Source: Ylistrum balloti
Lineage: Eukaryota
DNA length: 64,000 bases
Reading direction: 5' to 3'
Assembly: GCF_031769215.1 (NCBI RefSeq)
Contig: NW_026782198.1
Span: 186,001 to 250,000 of the forward strand
Part shown: positions 39,152 through 51,872 of the stretch, piece after piece
Position numbering within the stretch: position 1 is the stretch's first letter
Layout of the letters: every line of letters starts with the position of its first letter
Notes under the pieces: model-generated
The model's database searches: none
Seen by the model: the letters and a program-made list of their open reading frames with translations, nothing else
Told to the model about the DNA's origin: nothing
Position numbers and translations under genes: made by a program

Positions 39152-41559
39152 AATCATTTCCGAGTTGTGTATGTTGCTGAAATATATGTGAATGATCCTA
39201 GGACAGAGTTTCTTGTATAGACGTAAATGTTTATTTCCAGTAATGATTTATCTGTTTATATCTTTTCTAGAAAGAAATAGGATGGGTAGAGAATAATATA
39301 GTCATTGACACTGCCATGAAATAAAAAATAAATAAGTAATGATGGAGATAAAAAAAAGGAATGATGACTGCACGACCGCTACACCAGAAACCTTTTTAAT
39401 CTTAACCGCACAATTATAAACATCTCTATAAAAAATGTTCAGGGAAATTTATTATAAATATTAATTCATTTTGTTCATATGAGAAAGCACGTGCATCCAA
39501 AAATTATATTTATCAATATATGTTATGATGTCGATATATCTATGTATACAATACTTTTTCCCTACTAAGTATTCCACGTTCAAGATCAAAGTAGATTGCC
39601 TGTTGGATAAATTTTAGCATCATCGGACGGTCGTTTCAACAACATATCATTACAGAATCCAATGTACATCTATCTAGTAATAACTCTATATTTGATTATC
39701 AAACATAATGCTTTCAGAGTTAAGTATTCGACTTCAGTGTAGAGTTGTATATCTAAGATTCTTTCTTTATCACTTATATTTTCCCTTTGCTAATTAAGTA
39801 AAAAAACCTTCTAGACGAGAGTAAGGACACAGTCGACATTACAATACAATTAAGATCCATTAAAATAACAATAAGATTGATCACTCAGTACGCTTATAAG
39901 CGTTTGAATGACCTCTGACGTACGAAATTTGGTCGTTAATTTTGCTTAATTTCCATCAACTGTAAATAAATACATCACACATTAAAAACAGACCAATATA
40001 AACGACTATAAAGAAAGAATAAAACTGACTCAGAAGATTTATCTAACATTTGGGAGTATTTCAATAAATCTCAGCTTGTAGTTACCACGGTGTAAAAATC
40101 ACTCCCAAAGGACCATCGTAGCCAAACGTGAAAAAAAAAATTGTCAAATATCATGTGAAATATGTTTTATTCGAGTTTGAAATAAATTAGATGAAATTGG
40201 TCTAAATCTTAGATTTATAAGTGTCTGGTTGATTAGATGTGTGCAACGAAACGCTTTAATCCAACACGTTTCAGCTAGATTGTTTTTGTAAACATCCTCT
40301 CCTAGAATTGGAAATAATCAGGGAGGCGACAATAACTGGCTTATGTTGATAGTTTTAATTTATCACTGTAGACTTCTGAATGTCAACAGAACCATCGCCG
40401 TACTGAGTGTAAGGAAATTATTGGTAAGATCATTTGCTGCTTTTCGGCTTCCCCCGAGAGTACTTCCGAACGGCACCGACCGGTATCACTACATCGTTGA
40501 CATTGGATGGAAAGCAAGCCTCGACTCATCAACGAAGTTATTTTGTAACAATTAGGTTTTCAAGTCCCAGAGGGCAGATTCGTCTTGCAGGGAACGACCC
40601 CCTGTGAAGTCGTAATGGTGACCAATATTAGGTTAAGAGAGGAAGGTATTGCATTGTACACCTTTCATGATGGCGGAAACACTCTGGAGCAATACTCACA
40701 CGATCCCTCCCAGTTTTATTTAATTTCAACTGTGATATGTCAGAAGAGTTGCAAATACGAATCCGTACGAGAAGGTAATACAGATATTATTTCCGTAAGG
40801 TGATTTGTGTCAGATTTTTTCAGCGTCTCAGAAAATCAAAAGATAGCAGTGACAGCGGTCTTCAGCGAGCGAAATAACAAGACGTGACATAAATCGATGC
40901 CTCAAAATTTTGAATAAGTATGTGATTATGGTTCAGATGAAATTCTTCCTGGTAATTTAATGTTGACTTCAAGCGTCCGAATTTGTGTCCTGAAATTATA
41001 GTTTTCAATTTCAACCTCCGAATCATTATTTTAGAAATTTTAGAACCAACTTATGTTACACTTACCTCATCAACACTACTAAATCCTTAATTCTTGCTAA
41101 ATAAAACGTAATGTCTTGATGATGGTTTGAAATATATTTGCGATCACAAAGCAACATATAATTGTAGATATTTCTTTTACGATTATAATGTGAACGTAAA
41201 GATGCGTGAAGTTACAAGCGAGCAGATTTCGATCATGTTTATTGGAGAGAAATCATCCTGTCTGCTCAGTTCTTTGACTCGTCAACTTCACAAGTAAAAT
41301 ATCTTGATTACTCGTATGTCTGTATTCCGAAATTGTGTCCGTCGGCAAACTGTAGTACTTTACGTAAGTATTGTCAAATTCGGGGAAAACTAAGCAGGCA
41401 CTCATTGCAGGAAACCTTAACGATTAGAAAAACTTTAGATATACAGTTAACAACGATCACCTAGAGTTGATTGATAGATACAGAAAAAAAACTCGATCCT
41501 CGATTCTTTTTAAAAAATACTTAGGTATTTTATAAAATCTACAAACAATACTCCCTCAT

Positions 41560-42340
41560 AACTATGCTGATTCTGATATTCGGTAACTAGCCTATGGAAA
41601 GAGTTATCGTACGATTTTTTTTCTACATTTTCCATCATTGTTTCTTCTAATGCAATGTTTACCAGATTTTTATAATTCTGTATGTGATATCGTTATCAGT
41701 AAAAAGGAGTATTTTATACTTCGTCTATTTTTGATATTGAAAAAGGATTGGATAAATCATCGAATGTTTAAAGCTACAGGGAACACACTATCTTCTCCTT
41801 AGCCATGCTATCTCATCGTTCCATCCATGAGTGCTCGTTTCCTACTACACGTTACAAATATTTTTTCATTATTAAGCTATGTTTCTTAAATAATGGGAAG
41901 ATACGATTTCGAATATATCTACCATTAAACAAGGGACAATGATTTTTATTTACAAATACTAATCTGGATTTCTCTGAGGTTGCTTGAACTATTACATTGC
42001 TACTGAAATTGACTGAGAATCTTCCCGCGTTGTGTTCCGCGGCATTACATACGATTTGGCATAACAATATTGCTATTCACTGACTATGGAAATGCTGTTT
42101 CTTCCTTTAACTATAAATTTGCGGATGTACCGCAAGGATCAGGCCTCCGTCATTTTTTGTTTTATTCTATATGAACGATCTTGTTCATCCTTGTTAAGAA
42201 CTCTTACTAGACTTTTCACGGACGATTTTTCTTGCCATGAGTCTTCAGCAGATTTAAACGTGATAGAAAAAAACCTAAATCATGACATTTTCTACGAGAT
42301 TGGTTTAATCAGTGGCTAATGCAGATCGATCAGATTATAA
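41560..42340 (+). mobile_element. Decayed non-LTR retrotransposon (CR1/L2-like) RT fragment
   Basis: DVPQGS (42124-42141), FYMNDL (42168-), RLFTDD (42209-42226). Weaker upstream traces GKL.MERVI and FDIEKGLDK. Many frameshifts; the 5' boundary is uncertain. Confidence 0.7.
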
Positions 42341-42429
42341 TTTGTATTTCAGTGAAAGGTGAACCACGGTATCAATATACGGTCATGGACTACACGAACC
42401 AAAAATAAGTCGAAATCTAAAACGAAAAA

Positions 42430-43200
42430 TGCGGATCACGAAATCGACCTTTGTCGACCTTGGTAGTATGATCTTCCAATAGACCTTTGACATACTTGTG
42501 GGAACAACTGTTGCTCTCTCATGGTTGACGTGTTTTTGTTCCCAATACGAAGCTGGATTTATCGGAAGGCTTATCAAAATAAGTAACAAGGACCTTGCGA
42601 AGTCTTTCAGTTTCACTTTCAGATATTTGAGGATGTCTTGTCGTTAAATATGAAGAATTATTTTGACCATTAGCATGGCATATACCAACCCGAATTGGAA
42701 ATAAAGGATATGACAGACCCTCCTACATCAGCCGTTTACCTCGATCCTTTTAAACAACGAAATCAACAGGGACAGATTTCCACCAATTCGAAAGATAGAT
42801 ATGATGACTGAAGTGATCTTATTGTGAATTTTTCATTTCTGGATAGTAAACTCCCTCCATCCATATAGCCTACGGTTTTTAACGCGATATTCTAGTGCCT
42901 GTTCCAAATATTATGATTTTCGTGAAAAATGTCGGAAGCCGACTGTGAAACTCAGAACACAAGGTTTCGAGAGACGCAGATATTGAACTTTTTCACGATT
43001 GCAATGATTTCATTGGGAAATATTTCCTTGTGCTATGTGAAGTAGGACCTGTTTGATAATCATTGTATATCTGGGGTTCCTTATTTGTTAATCCTGTACT
43101 CGTTTGGGAATATGAAATTACTTGTATACATTAATAATTATATATGACTGGTGTAGTCAATGAAGCATAAGACTCTTTATGACATTTGGGAGCCTCCTTG
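42430..43200 (+). mobile_element. Decayed Penelope-like (Naiad-type) retroelement: RT C-terminal half plus 3' tail
   Basis: Across frameshifts: FVDLGSMIFQ...ILVGTNCCSLMVDVFLF.YEAGFI...LAKSFSFTFRY.EDVLSLN...IYQPELEIKD...SAVYLD...DRYDD...IVNFSFL.S...RYSSACSKY.DF...KLRTQGF. This parallels the PLE motifs GIPMGTNCAP, FRYIDD, IYP.ELE, SYLD, IVNFPFL, RY.RAC, QGY. Clade assignment is from recalled motifs. Confidence 0.8.
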
Positions 43201-43299
43201 AAAATATTTCTCTGGATCGTCTTTAACCCTGCTGTTTGAATGAAGATTCTGTTGTCATGTCGGTATTCGGTGTTGTATTTATGACCATTTTCGTAAGTT

Positions 43300-44020
43300 G
43301 TCAAAATAGCATGATTGAAAGGTTTATTTTCCTAGTTTGAATGCAAGTAAGTTTAAATGCAGAGCAGGTAATGGTTGCGGACACAAAATTTTAACAAAGT
43401 ACAACATCTCAGTAATTAAGGGATTTCTGGCCCAAAACATTTACATATACCAAATTTCATTTTACTAGTTGAAATGAAAAAGTTTAACCGAGGGGAAAAA
43501 CCCTAATTATGGGGTTGTTGGCCCTGAATTTGGTAAACTGCATATCCTTTTAGTATGATCAATGTATACGCAAAGTTTCATTATCCTAGTTTAAGTGCAA
43601 GCAAGTTATTCTCCGGACTAGAAATGTTCACAAAGGGCAATAACTCTGTTGTTAAGAAGTTGCGGGGCCTGGGTTTTGTACATTGCACATTGTTTTAGTA
43701 TGATAAATTTACACATCAAGATTCAAAAACAACTATAAATAAAAGTAAAGTTATGCTCCGGACACAAACGTTGGACAAAGGGCATTAACTAATGGATTGT
43801 TCGCTCGGAATTTGGTACATTGCACATCGCATTATTAGTATGAGCAATGTATACTCTAAGTAACATGATTTTAGCTTAATTGTGGGTAAAGTTATGCTGC
43901 GTACAAGAAAGGACGGACAGAAAGATAGACGGAAGAATGGACGCACGCACGGCCGTCCGACCGGACGGACGGACAAAGAAGCGGCTATATGCTCTCCCGA
44001 AAATTTTCAGGTTGCAAAAT
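43300..44020 (+). mobile_element. Non-autonomous Helentron/HINE-like element with internal ~140-146 bp satellite units, GGAC microsatellite and 3' hairpin
   Basis: 3-5 diverged units sharing AAGTTATGCTCCGGAC, CAAAGGGCAATAACT and TGTACATTGCACAT (unit starts about 43571, 43717, 43856). GGAC/GACG tract 43905-43975, then GCGGCTATATGCTCTCCCGAAAATTTTCAGGTTGCA, a decayed terminal stem-loop. Confidence 0.7.
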
Positions 44021-44069
44021 GAATACCAGTAATCTTAATCCAAACTCATATTCAATAAAACATGACAAT

Positions 44070-44232
44070 TACTTGTGTGATATGAAGTTGAACGTCGTTT
44101 ATCTGGAGGTTCCGTTGTTGTTTACGGTATTCTTAGTTGGAAACGTGGCACCACTTACTTGCATTGACCAAACTTTACATGGCTGATGTCGTCGAGGAAA
44201 CAGACACTTCTGGAGCACCTGGTCTTATATCC
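44070..44232 (+). repeat. Fragment of the Penelope-like element 3' tail
   Basis: GGTTCCGTTG...CACTTACTTGCATTGACCAAACTTTACATGGCTGATGTCGTCGAGGAAACAGAC...TTCTGGAGCACCTGGTCTT. Confidence 0.7.
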
Positions 44233-44254
44233 TTGAACTTTCTTCCTTTTGTTA

Positions 44255-45502
44255 CGACAGCTGATAAGTTGTGAGCCTTGTATTGAAGAAGGCAACATGT
44301 CCTTTTTTTATCTCTACTTTTCGCTGATTTTTAAGGCTGTGTGCCCGAAGATTGATGCCATTTGGTCAGTTTATGTCGAAGAGGTAGCACTTTTACGAAA
44401 GTGACTTTTGCAAAATGGACACAAACGCTGAAAGACCAGTGATTAAATATTTGCCTAAGAAAGATCTAGCACCTAAGGATATCCATATTGGTATGGTAGC
44501 ACCACTAGGGAATCATACCCCTTCATATGTTACATTGAAAAGGTGGGTGTTTGAATTTAAGCGTGGCAGTGCCTTGGAGATGACGCCAGTCCTGGAACGC
44601 CTGTTAATGTTGAAAACCCAAAAATAGTAAATAAAATCCATGATGTTTTTATGGCTGACAGGCGAGTTACAGAGGGATATATAGCCACTACATTTGGGAT
44701 TTCACAGGAAAGAACACATTCCATTCTTACAGAAGATCTTGCAATGAGAAAGCTCTCAGCTCGTAGAGTACCAAGAATTCTGACTGGTAATCAGAAGCAC
44801 ACTAGACGGACGTTGTTGCGTGCTAATCTGAACATTTTAGAGGCATATCTTACTGAGGTTTGTGACTATAGATGAAACGTGGGTCCATTATTTTACCCAA
44901 GATGCCAAACAACAATCTAAACAATGGAAGCTAGATGGTCTACTCCCGCCAAAGAAGGCAAAGACTGTTCCATCTGCTGGAAAGGATATGGCCTCGGTTT
45001 TCTGGGATGCTGATAATATTCTAATGGTAGATTATCTGCAAAAGGGACAAACAATCAATTACACATATCGTGCATCACTTCTTGGCCACTTCGGGAAAAG
45101 ATTAAATTCAAGCACCACGGTAAACTCATTAAAGGTGTTTTCTGGAAGCCACCATGGCAATGCCTTTGTTCACAAGTCTGTCATTGCCATGACTGCCATT
45201 AACGGCTCTGGATTTGAATTGAGTATCCGCCTTATTCGCCTGATCTCGCTCCATCTATTTCCAAAATTGAAAAATGCCATTCCTGGTACTCACTTTGGGT
45301 TAGATAATGACGTGATACATGCAGTGGAGGCCTTTCTGAACGGTTAAGAAAACGACTTCTTTAAAAGTGACTTTGAGGCCCTTAAACGTCGTTGACAAAA
45401 GTGTATAGATAATGAAAGGGATCATGTTGAAAAATAATGCAATATGTCCACCTTAAGTCAAACCCTTAAATATGAAGCTGACAACTTATCAATCAGCCCT
45501 CG
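44255..45502 (+). mobile_element. Full-length but dead mariner (Tc1/mariner, DD34D type) transposon, about 1.25 kb
   Basis: Frameshifted transposase 44415-45437: VIKYL...PSYVT.KRW..EFKRG, RKLSAR(W>R)VPRILT, TIDETWVHY, KKAKTVPSAGK.MASVFWD, HH(D>G)NA, YSPDLAPS (45233-45256, third D deleted) and C-terminal KCID...DHVEK*. Imperfect TIRs CGACAGCT----GATAAGTTGTGAGC and rc CGAGGGCTGATTGATAAGTTGTCAGC. TA on the left, CA (mutated TA) on the right. Confidence 0.93.
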
Positions 45503-47444
45503 CAATATCCCGCAAAATTATGATTAGATTAGATTGTGATTCTATTGACATGATAATATTTTATTGTTTCTGTTTGCTTGAATCCTCTCGTATCCTCTTT
45601 GCATATTATCAGAATTCTCCGCGTAAATGTACATATTTAGTTTTGTTTTGACCGCGTTTTATCGGATTTGAGTTCGACGTCAGATTCTACAGACTTTGTC
45701 TAATATTTTCTTAGTTTATCTAGACCAATGACCTAACCAATCGGCAATTGTTACAGTCAACAAAATTTAGTTTTGCAACAAACGCAAAACTGTAATTTGC
45801 TTGTCTGTGTGAGACATTTACACTTCGCAACACCTTCAGGCTAATAAAGACCGAGTTAATGATTTATGTGGCAATTTTAGGTCAATTTTAGTTTGAACAT
45901 TCTGAAATATCTTTACACGATTGAAGTACACCCTACTTTTCACATGATTATGGGAGTGACATTCCAGGGAATAAGTATTGGTGATTTTAATAACACAATT
46001 TTGGTAGTTATTTAGTCATAATGATACATTTTTATTTATGTCGTGAAAAATGATCTATTCTAAACCTTGCGTCAGTATATTATTGCGACGTAACAAATGT
46101 CGTTAACCACAATTAAATATTGACAACAACTCTTCTCAAACCACATGAACTACCACTTCAAATCCCCCACCCTTTGACTTTAAACGTACATACATATTAA
46201 TGTGGAACCATCTGAAGTTAGTCCCTGAAGTGCTCAGGTCAGGGTTTAAAAATGCGTTTAAAACATGCTTTTCGTGTTCAAACGCGGCTGATTTTTATGC
46301 CACTTTTGTTTCTGGAACTAGATCGTCAGGACTGAAACGTAAGCATACTGTTGACAGTTATGGGCCACTGGATCACCAGAAAGTGGCTTGTTTCGTATTT
46401 CGTCCCAATTACAGATGTTCAAATTGACATTTACACAAGCAGACTTTTGCCGTTATGCACTCGCAACGCTCTGATTCCAAGGCCATTGAACTGTATTCAG
46501 AAGTGTTGTTCTAGTTTTCATATCAATTCGTTTATCATTAACACATATTCTGCATACAAAGTATCGCTCACGAAGTGAAATATACCACTAACAAGTTATA
46601 TATGAAAGGTTGGTATAGGTTTTGATTGAATTTTCTGGTTATAATGCTCAATTGGTTTGACTTTTGAAAGCAAAGTTATCTATTTTGCGATATATTGTTA
46701 TTTTATTTGAAAACCAGGGGCGTATTAACCTTTGTAATTGTCACAAATTATGACTTCGTTTATAGAAGTGCTTTAATATCTAATCATAAACAGCAAGGTC
46801 AATGATTGACGCATCTTGGCATTTTTAACTGGCTTTCCTAGGTCCCAGAAACTGTTTCATTTTCCTAATAATTAAAATAGGTTCATCGTGGTAACTTACG
46901 TGTTTGAGACAATGTACATGAAAGCCAATGTCATGGAAGATCTTAAACAGATGTTTATCATATATCTACCCCAAACCTAATCAAACTGAACCCTAACGAA
47001 TGTCTGTAATGTTTCAAAACACCGTTGTATATAGAGTTACCGTTTCTGTAATGCTTATTTGCTGTCAGTTCGGGGCTAGTCTCTTCACTTGCGTTTCTTT
47101 TTCTAGTTTATGATTTCGTTGTACGATGGCTAGTTATAGAATATACAATGTCCTATAATTTACTTTCGGTTTAAAACATGTGTTTTTCGCGAAAACCAAA
47201 ACCTCTCAGTCAAAGTGATTTAATAAGGAAATATACATGACCTCTTACTATTTAGATAGACTTTTCACTGTGTTGGTAAATTGCTGGTGGACTATCAGTC
47301 CTTCATGATGACCCTAACCTACATGTATAGGTTTTATATCTTCTAATAGTATCTCGATATACACATGTACTTGACGTTCGTTCTGAAACCATATGTTGAT
47401 AATACTGAAATATTGATAATTATGAAAGCGATTGAACTTGAGGT

Positions 47445-47570
47445 AAATATACCTCTCCATTTTGGTTTAGTTATTCGTTATTTCTTTATACCAGTTCTGA
47501 TTTTCCTTGCAGGACGAAACAGCTGTATGAGGCAGTTTAATTCATCATTTGGGTCTGCTTTATTTACCTC
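47445..47570 (+). mobile_element. Copy D of the hammerhead-bearing element (core 47497-47533)
   Basis: CTGA-ttt-TCC-TTGCA-GGAC-GAAA-C-AGCT-G-TA-TGAGGC, followed by AGTTTAATTCAT as in copies A and C. Confidence 0.75.
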
Positions 47571-48544
47571 TAAATATCCTGATCTGATTTTTAATACTTA
47601 GTAAAGAGCAAAAAAATATGCCATTTATCACTCTATGTGTGGGCGATCTGAAGAAGAGAAATATTCTCCGTTGACAAGTAATTTCCCATCGGTATTTATT
47701 GCTGGCTAATATCATATACATCCCGGGTGAATAAATACAGATACCTCCTCAAGACATGACATTAATTGTTACAGGTTATCAATGGGTTCTGGTAGATAAG
47801 CGTTGAAGGACGATTCCTTAGGATTAATTTATAAATGTCCTTTAGGGCAACTTGATTAATGAACTGAAAATTCATTTTCGTTGTGATTATGTAAGTGAAT
47901 GCATATCAGAATTAGTCACTTTTTGATTAATTTGAATAGTGGCAAGGTTAAAAATAGATACATGTACTTGAAGTATACGAAAACTATAAATGTTATAAAA
48001 AATAGTGTTAGAGATTTTCCCTCTCTGATTTTACATTTTTTGGCCTAATATTTTTTCATATTTCTTTGTCGCCTCCTCAATGTCAACACTTTAGGCCGTT
48101 AGCATCAGTACGATTTCTAGATGGACGTAGTGATGCACCTCTACTTCATCTAATCATTAATGTATAATGAGTGGTGATAGTCCCCTTACGTAACGCTGTC
48201 AAATAATTGATATTCGTGGGGAGATTTGTTTTCGTGGAATTGATAGTAACTCTTAATTCACGAATTCACATGTCCACGAAATAACATTGGTTTACGTACT
48301 AGTGGATTCCATGAATAAAGTTTATCAATGAATTTCTTTTATATTTGTCTGCTTTCAAGGTTCAATCGATGAACATTTTGATTTGGTATTCACAATAATT
48401 AACTGTTCCTCTTGGTTTTCTTACAACTATTTTCATGTAAGAGAAAAGGTAATTATGTTTCAAGTATTTTTAATATATATATACATATTTAAGATAAAAA
48501 CAAGCATGTGGAGTAAAAATCTTCATCTTGAAATCCTGTATATT

Positions 48545-48670
48545 ATATGTTGTTGTGCCCTTGGGCACTTTACCCTTATTGCTCGGGATGCCATACGATT
48601 GGCTTCCTGTATGGTATTAATGAGTTAGCAGCCGGCCATCCACCTAAAGTGACACAGGGTGATCAGGGGC
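48545..48670 (+). mobile_element. SINE fragment with CORE-like motif
   Basis: TGTTGTGCCCTTGGGCACTTTACCCTTATTGC resembles the CORE block (CCTTGGGCAAG.CACTT.ACC). No tRNA head visible. Confidence 0.4.
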
Positions 48671-50841
48671 GATAAACCCAACAGTTATCATCTTGATATT
48701 ATTGGAAACCATTATGTTCTATTGTATAATATCAAGGCAGATATTTTCGAAGCTCATATATGTATCCTTGTGCTGACGTATTTCTCGATGTTTCTTAAAT
48801 TTGACCCAAATTTCCTCCCCCGATAAAGTTTAACATCAACAACATCCTGGATAACTGTATTTTCAGTACTTCCTGTACCTTTGAATGATAATTGCATTGA
48901 AGACTACTCAATTCATATTCTATGAAATTGAAAATGTGCCTGTTTCATGTCATTCTTATTTTGTATGTTAAACATGATGTTCGCCATATATTGATATCTT
49001 TTTCATTTATTGTTCTTTATATATCAAGACGCCATTGAAAATATTATTTTGTCATTTCATGAGAATGTATTTAGGTTAAGTTATTCGTTCTGCCGATCCA
49101 ATTTTCACAGCCTGATGTTTATAGTTTGTCGATACTTCCAGATTCCTAAGAGACTTTCACCAATACCACTCAATCGTTTAACAGTACTGAAAGTATACAA
49201 ATAGCAAAACCTGGACGAGTTTTTTTTTCAACTTTCTTGAAACTTATCGTTGTCATTGGCGTTTTTAATTTGCATTTGCATTTTGAGTAAAAATAAGATC
49301 TCTCGCTAAATCTCACCTGTTGTTCAATTGTTCATTGTATGATCAGATATAGAAAATCATCTTTAATTCTTAAAATAGAATTTCGACCTACGTCTCAGTA
49401 GGCTTTCCCCCTATTGTGCGTTTCTTTTATCTTACGATAGTGAAAAAAGCACCGTCATCTTAATCGTAAGTATATATAAATCTTTGGTACTTCCTAACTA
49501 TCAACTTATCAGAAGCAATACGAATTCAAATATGAAATATAAATGAACTGAAATTGATAATAAAATGTCATCTTTAGTGATTTATGACATTATTGGAAAT
49601 CAATAGTTTAGAAATATTTTGAAAGTGGCACTATTTTCATTAAGAATGCTTATAGAAATCATGTATGATTTGATATTCAGACCAATGCGTGACTTCGTGT
49701 TTTCTCTCCTAAAATACGTTATCATTTATGAAGAAAAATCCCACCTAGTACTTCTATAATCAATTTCATTCGCCAGCAATTAAACGAGCACACTTTCTTT
49801 GATAGTCCCCTACAGCATCAGATATTTCACCCCCTACATCGACTTATCTCAACAGACAAGAAATCGCATCATTATTCCAATAATACTACGTTAGTGCAGA
49901 AATGCATACTCCCTCAGTTCAAGAGAAATAGATTTTTGCTAGATTTCGTTCCTTTCAAAGTTGATAAATTTCCCTTGTCAATGATATTGAAGAATTTACA
50001 CGAGCTTGCACTATTATTAAAATCCGGATAGAATCGCTTAGGTGTTTAAATTAAATAATGCATTTTCAGGTTTTTACAGGTATATAAGGCATTGATAAAC
50101 GCTGAAAATATGATATTGTTATGATTGCTAAAAGCATGTTGAGCGTGGATCACAGAAGACAAAGGTAAATTACTTTTTATTTTTTTCTTCAGCTATCGTG
50201 TGATTGAAAAGGCTTTATTGTAATTCATGTAAGTGATGGCCAATTTCTTATCATGTGCTTTATTAATTAGTGTATCAAATTGTATTAAAAACAAAAAGAG
50301 TTAATGAAAGCATTACCTGTTAGCCTGAATCCATGTTCACAAAATTATACTGCAAAAAGAGAAATATTTGAGGGCGGACTTTTTTTTCATTTTAACTTCA
50401 TAATCATATGTCATTCATATTGCATCAATACTTCGCATTTTCGTATCTTCGAACTATGTGTTCAGTTAACGCAATATCAGTGAAAATAAGGATTTCGTCA
50501 AAGTTATCATCTTTAACTATTTGAAGAATTTTACAAAAAATAAAAAGTTAGTTTTTAATCCATTGGGATAGTTGCACGGTTCAGGATATGCACAGGCGCT
50601 TGACGTTTTAAAAATATTCAATATTAAAATGTGAGGTAAGTGGATTTCTCCATCCATATCTTTAAATTGATTTTGCCAATTCTAAGTTTTCTTCAGCCAC
50701 CCTCTAACTGCTGTATGCTGCAGTTTAAATTACTTATTGTCTATGCTACATCTCACGTATATATCTTACATGTATTCTTGTGTGACCGTTATACATTTTT
50801 AATCTCCTTCTAAAGCTATCAGATGATTATGACATATTTTG

Positions 50842-51015
50842 AATTATGTGGCTGGTGCACCCACTTCTACATTTTGACATTACTTTCGACAAGTCAGTCG
50901 CATCCCAGGTTTCAATATTTAGGGCCTTAGCATCATCCACGAGTCCTAGAAGGACGAAACTATTGTATATTTGTATCACAGAAAGTATTCTATCTGTGTG
51001 TCTTTTTTACAATTT
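50842..51015 (+). mobile_element. Copy B of the hammerhead-bearing element (core 50930-50973)
   Basis: GCATCA-tccACGA-GTCC-TAGAA-GGAC-GAAA-C-tatt-G-TA. About 90 nt of upstream similarity to copy A. Confidence 0.75.
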
Positions 51016-51428
51016 CTACAAATCTACTTTAAGACTTAAACGTTGAAATAACGATATTTATTAATATGCCCTAATTTTTAATAATTTAGGAAGCATGGTG
51101 CTTATTTCAGCAATTGCAAAAATTAGCACAGCATGATGAAAAAAACCCAAAAATAAATATTTCAAACGATAAGTAAACAGAACAAACAACTTCCGATGCA
51201 AGATATACATAAATATATATACTTGTATCTGCCTTTTAACTAAATTGTAATTATGGTGGTGCGAACAAGGAATCTTTAATTTCAAGGGCTATTTTTGCTA
51301 TTTTACTATCTGGTTCATCAATTCATAAAAAAATTAGGGCATACAAAATAAACTGTAATAATATGTATAAAACACTTAATTAAATAATGTAATATAAACA
51401 AAATTAACTTTTGACAATCGGGTTATTC

Positions 51429-51872
51429 ACAACAGATCTAAAAGTGAAACTAAGGATAATTATAACAACAGATCTAAAAGTGAAACTAAGGATAATTATA
51501 ACAACAGATCTAAAAGTGAAACTAAGGATAATTATAACAGCAGATCTAAAAGTGAAACTAAGGATAATTATAACAACAGATCTAAAAGTGAAACTAAGGA
51601 TAATTATAACAACAGATCTAAAAGTGAAACTAAGGATAATTATAACAACAGATCTAAAAGTGAAACTAAGGATAATTATAACAACAGATCTAAAAGTGAA
51701 ACTAAGGATAATTATAACAGCAGATCTAAAAGTGAAACTAAGGATAATTATAACAACAGATCTAAAAGTGAAACTAAGGATAATTATAACAGCAGATCTA
51801 AAAGTGAAACTAAGGATAATTATAACAACAGATCTAAAAGTGAAACTAAGGATAATTATAACAGCAGATCTA
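51429..51872. repeat. Young 36-bp minisatellite, 12.3 copies of ACAACAGATCTAAAAGTGAAACTAAGGATAATTATA
   Basis: Units identical except one A/G variant (units 4, 9, 11 and partial 13). Confidence 0.98.

Noticed and set aside
46300-46340. Minus-strand CTGACGA...GAAAC-AAAA-GT
   Set aside because: Stem II and stem I do not pair, and the triplet ends in G.
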